Shown here piece by piece: positions 33,853-34,623 of a stretch of 34,623 bases of DNA (positions are counted from its first letter, which is position 1; each line of letters begins with the position of its first letter). The DNA is from a virus (taxonomy: Duplodnaviria; Caudoviricetes), in the IMG/VR virus record IMGVR_UViG_3300032335_000309, positions 1-34,623 of that record; one strand, given 5' to 3'. Under the pieces are notes generated by a model. It did not search any database and was not told where the DNA came from. It worked only from the letters and a program-made list of their open reading frames with translations. The translations under genes and the position numbers were made by a program.

Positions 33853-34164
33853 TTACTTACTCCAAGGTAACCGCACAAACGAGACCGGCTCTGGTTGGCT
33901 AGTTACCTGCGCCTGTACCTTGGCCTCGTATTCACCAACAGCATCACCGAGAGCTTGCTTCACCCACTCCACAGCCTGCTCGTGAGTCACCGAATCAAAC
34001 GCCACAAAGGCAACAGCATCAGGTGGCAGCAAGTCGACCTCGTCGAACGTATAGCCGTGCTTAGCGCCATCAGACGCCAGAACATCAAACGTGCAGCGAA
34101 CGATCACATTGTTCAAGCCGCCAACGCTAGATGTCTCTACTCGAGTGACCTTCCAAGTAGCCAT
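33853..34164 (-). CDS. Tail-cassette hypothetical protein
   Basis: 103 aa, FV.FD.VT.EQ...WV..ALG...LPW pattern common beside tail fibres. Confidence 0.7.
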   Translation of the reverse strand: MATWKVTRVETSSVGGLNNVIVRCTFDVLASDGAKHGYTFDEVDLLPPDAVAFVAFDSVTHEQAVEWVKQALGDAVGEYEAKVQAQVTSQPEPVSFVRLPWSK

Positions 34165-34532
34165 TAGACCGGCGCTCCCTCGACTTCAACCCATGATAGG
34201 CTGGCTTCATCCCACGAATACATCTTACCGTCAGTCGGCATCGGTACCGGAGCCTGCCATTGAGCATTGGCGTCCAGCGTCCATGACGGGTACGGCTGCG
34301 GCGCTACAAAAGCGTCAATATCAACGCGGTAGGTGTAGCCGATACCAGCGTAGTTCTTGCGAATGTTGCCGTTGTAACTGGTTTGTTTCCAGTTACCGCC
34401 GAGCAACTTCTGGCAGAACGCTATGCCAATGCTCTCCACCTCGTTGCCGTTGGCGTCAGCGGTGTCGGAGTTGGCTACGACGATGACCCGCAGCACAACA
34501 TTGTTTGAATCAAGTTCAGCAAAATGAGCCAT
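34164..34532 (-). CDS. Conserved protein associated with glycine-rich tail genes
   Basis: MAHFAELD.NN.V.RVIVV...WKQTSYN..IRKNYAGIGYTY...DAF..PQPYPSW. Confidence 0.8.
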   Translation of the reverse strand: MAHFAELDSNNVVLRVIVVANSDTADANGNEVESIGIAFCQKLLGGNWKQTSYNGNIRKNYAGIGYTYRVDIDAFVAPQPYPSWTLDANAQWQAPVPMPTDGKMYSWDEASLSWVEVEGAPV

Positions 34533-34536
34533 TGTC

Positions 34537-34623
34537 TTACTCCTTCAAATGCAATGCGGTCAGGCTGCTTTCGTCTCCAACATAGCCAGCCGGGAAAGTG
34601 TTAAACGCCAAAGACACACGATC
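34537..34623 (-). CDS. 3' fragment of a putative 2OG-Fe(II) oxygenase (TIGR02466-like), truncated by window edge
   Basis: Hand translation DRVSLAFNTFPAGYVGDESSLTALHLKE*; RxSxxFN is the 2OG-binding strand. Confidence 0.65.
   Translation of the reverse strand, partial: DRVSLAFNTFPAGYVGDESSLTALHLKE

Noticed and set aside
1-34623. Terminal repeats, att sites, CRISPR array, IS elements, RNA polymerase
   Set aside because: The ends share no sequence; no repeat-spacer array, transposase, integrase or T7-type RNA polymerase motifs were seen

Overview
A near-complete genome of a ~35 kb podovirus-like (T7-type short tail) dsDNA phage, GC-rich and resembling uncultured freshwater Proteobacteria phages (host is inference). 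Both ends are cut inside the same tail-fibre cassette, so the missing part is probably short. The minus strand carries the late module: TerS/TerL, a tail-fibre/glycine-rich cassette, portal, lysis genes, scaffold, major capsid, tail tubular A/B, three internal virion proteins and a tailspike. It also carries a lambdoid-style early arm: Cro, C5 methyltransferase, DUF3310, RusA. The plus strand (11.2-14.75 kb) carries a recombination arm: Sak-like SSAP, YqaJ exonuclease, SSB-like protein, NinB, HTH. I recognise no integrase, CI repressor, polymerase, primase, helicase or replication initiator. Main findings: (1) a ~300 nt densely hairpinned segment with convergent sigma70-like promoters sits where a lambdoid replication initiator would be, a candidate RNA-based origin; (2) a ~60 nt promoter-to-terminator small RNA between scaffold and capsid genes carries an anti-Shine-Dalgarno seed matching early-gene RBSs; (3) a two-subunit methyltransferase has its beta chain nested in another reading frame; (4) shared short motifs may dock tail appendages. 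All product calls come from motif recognition by eye, not database searches.
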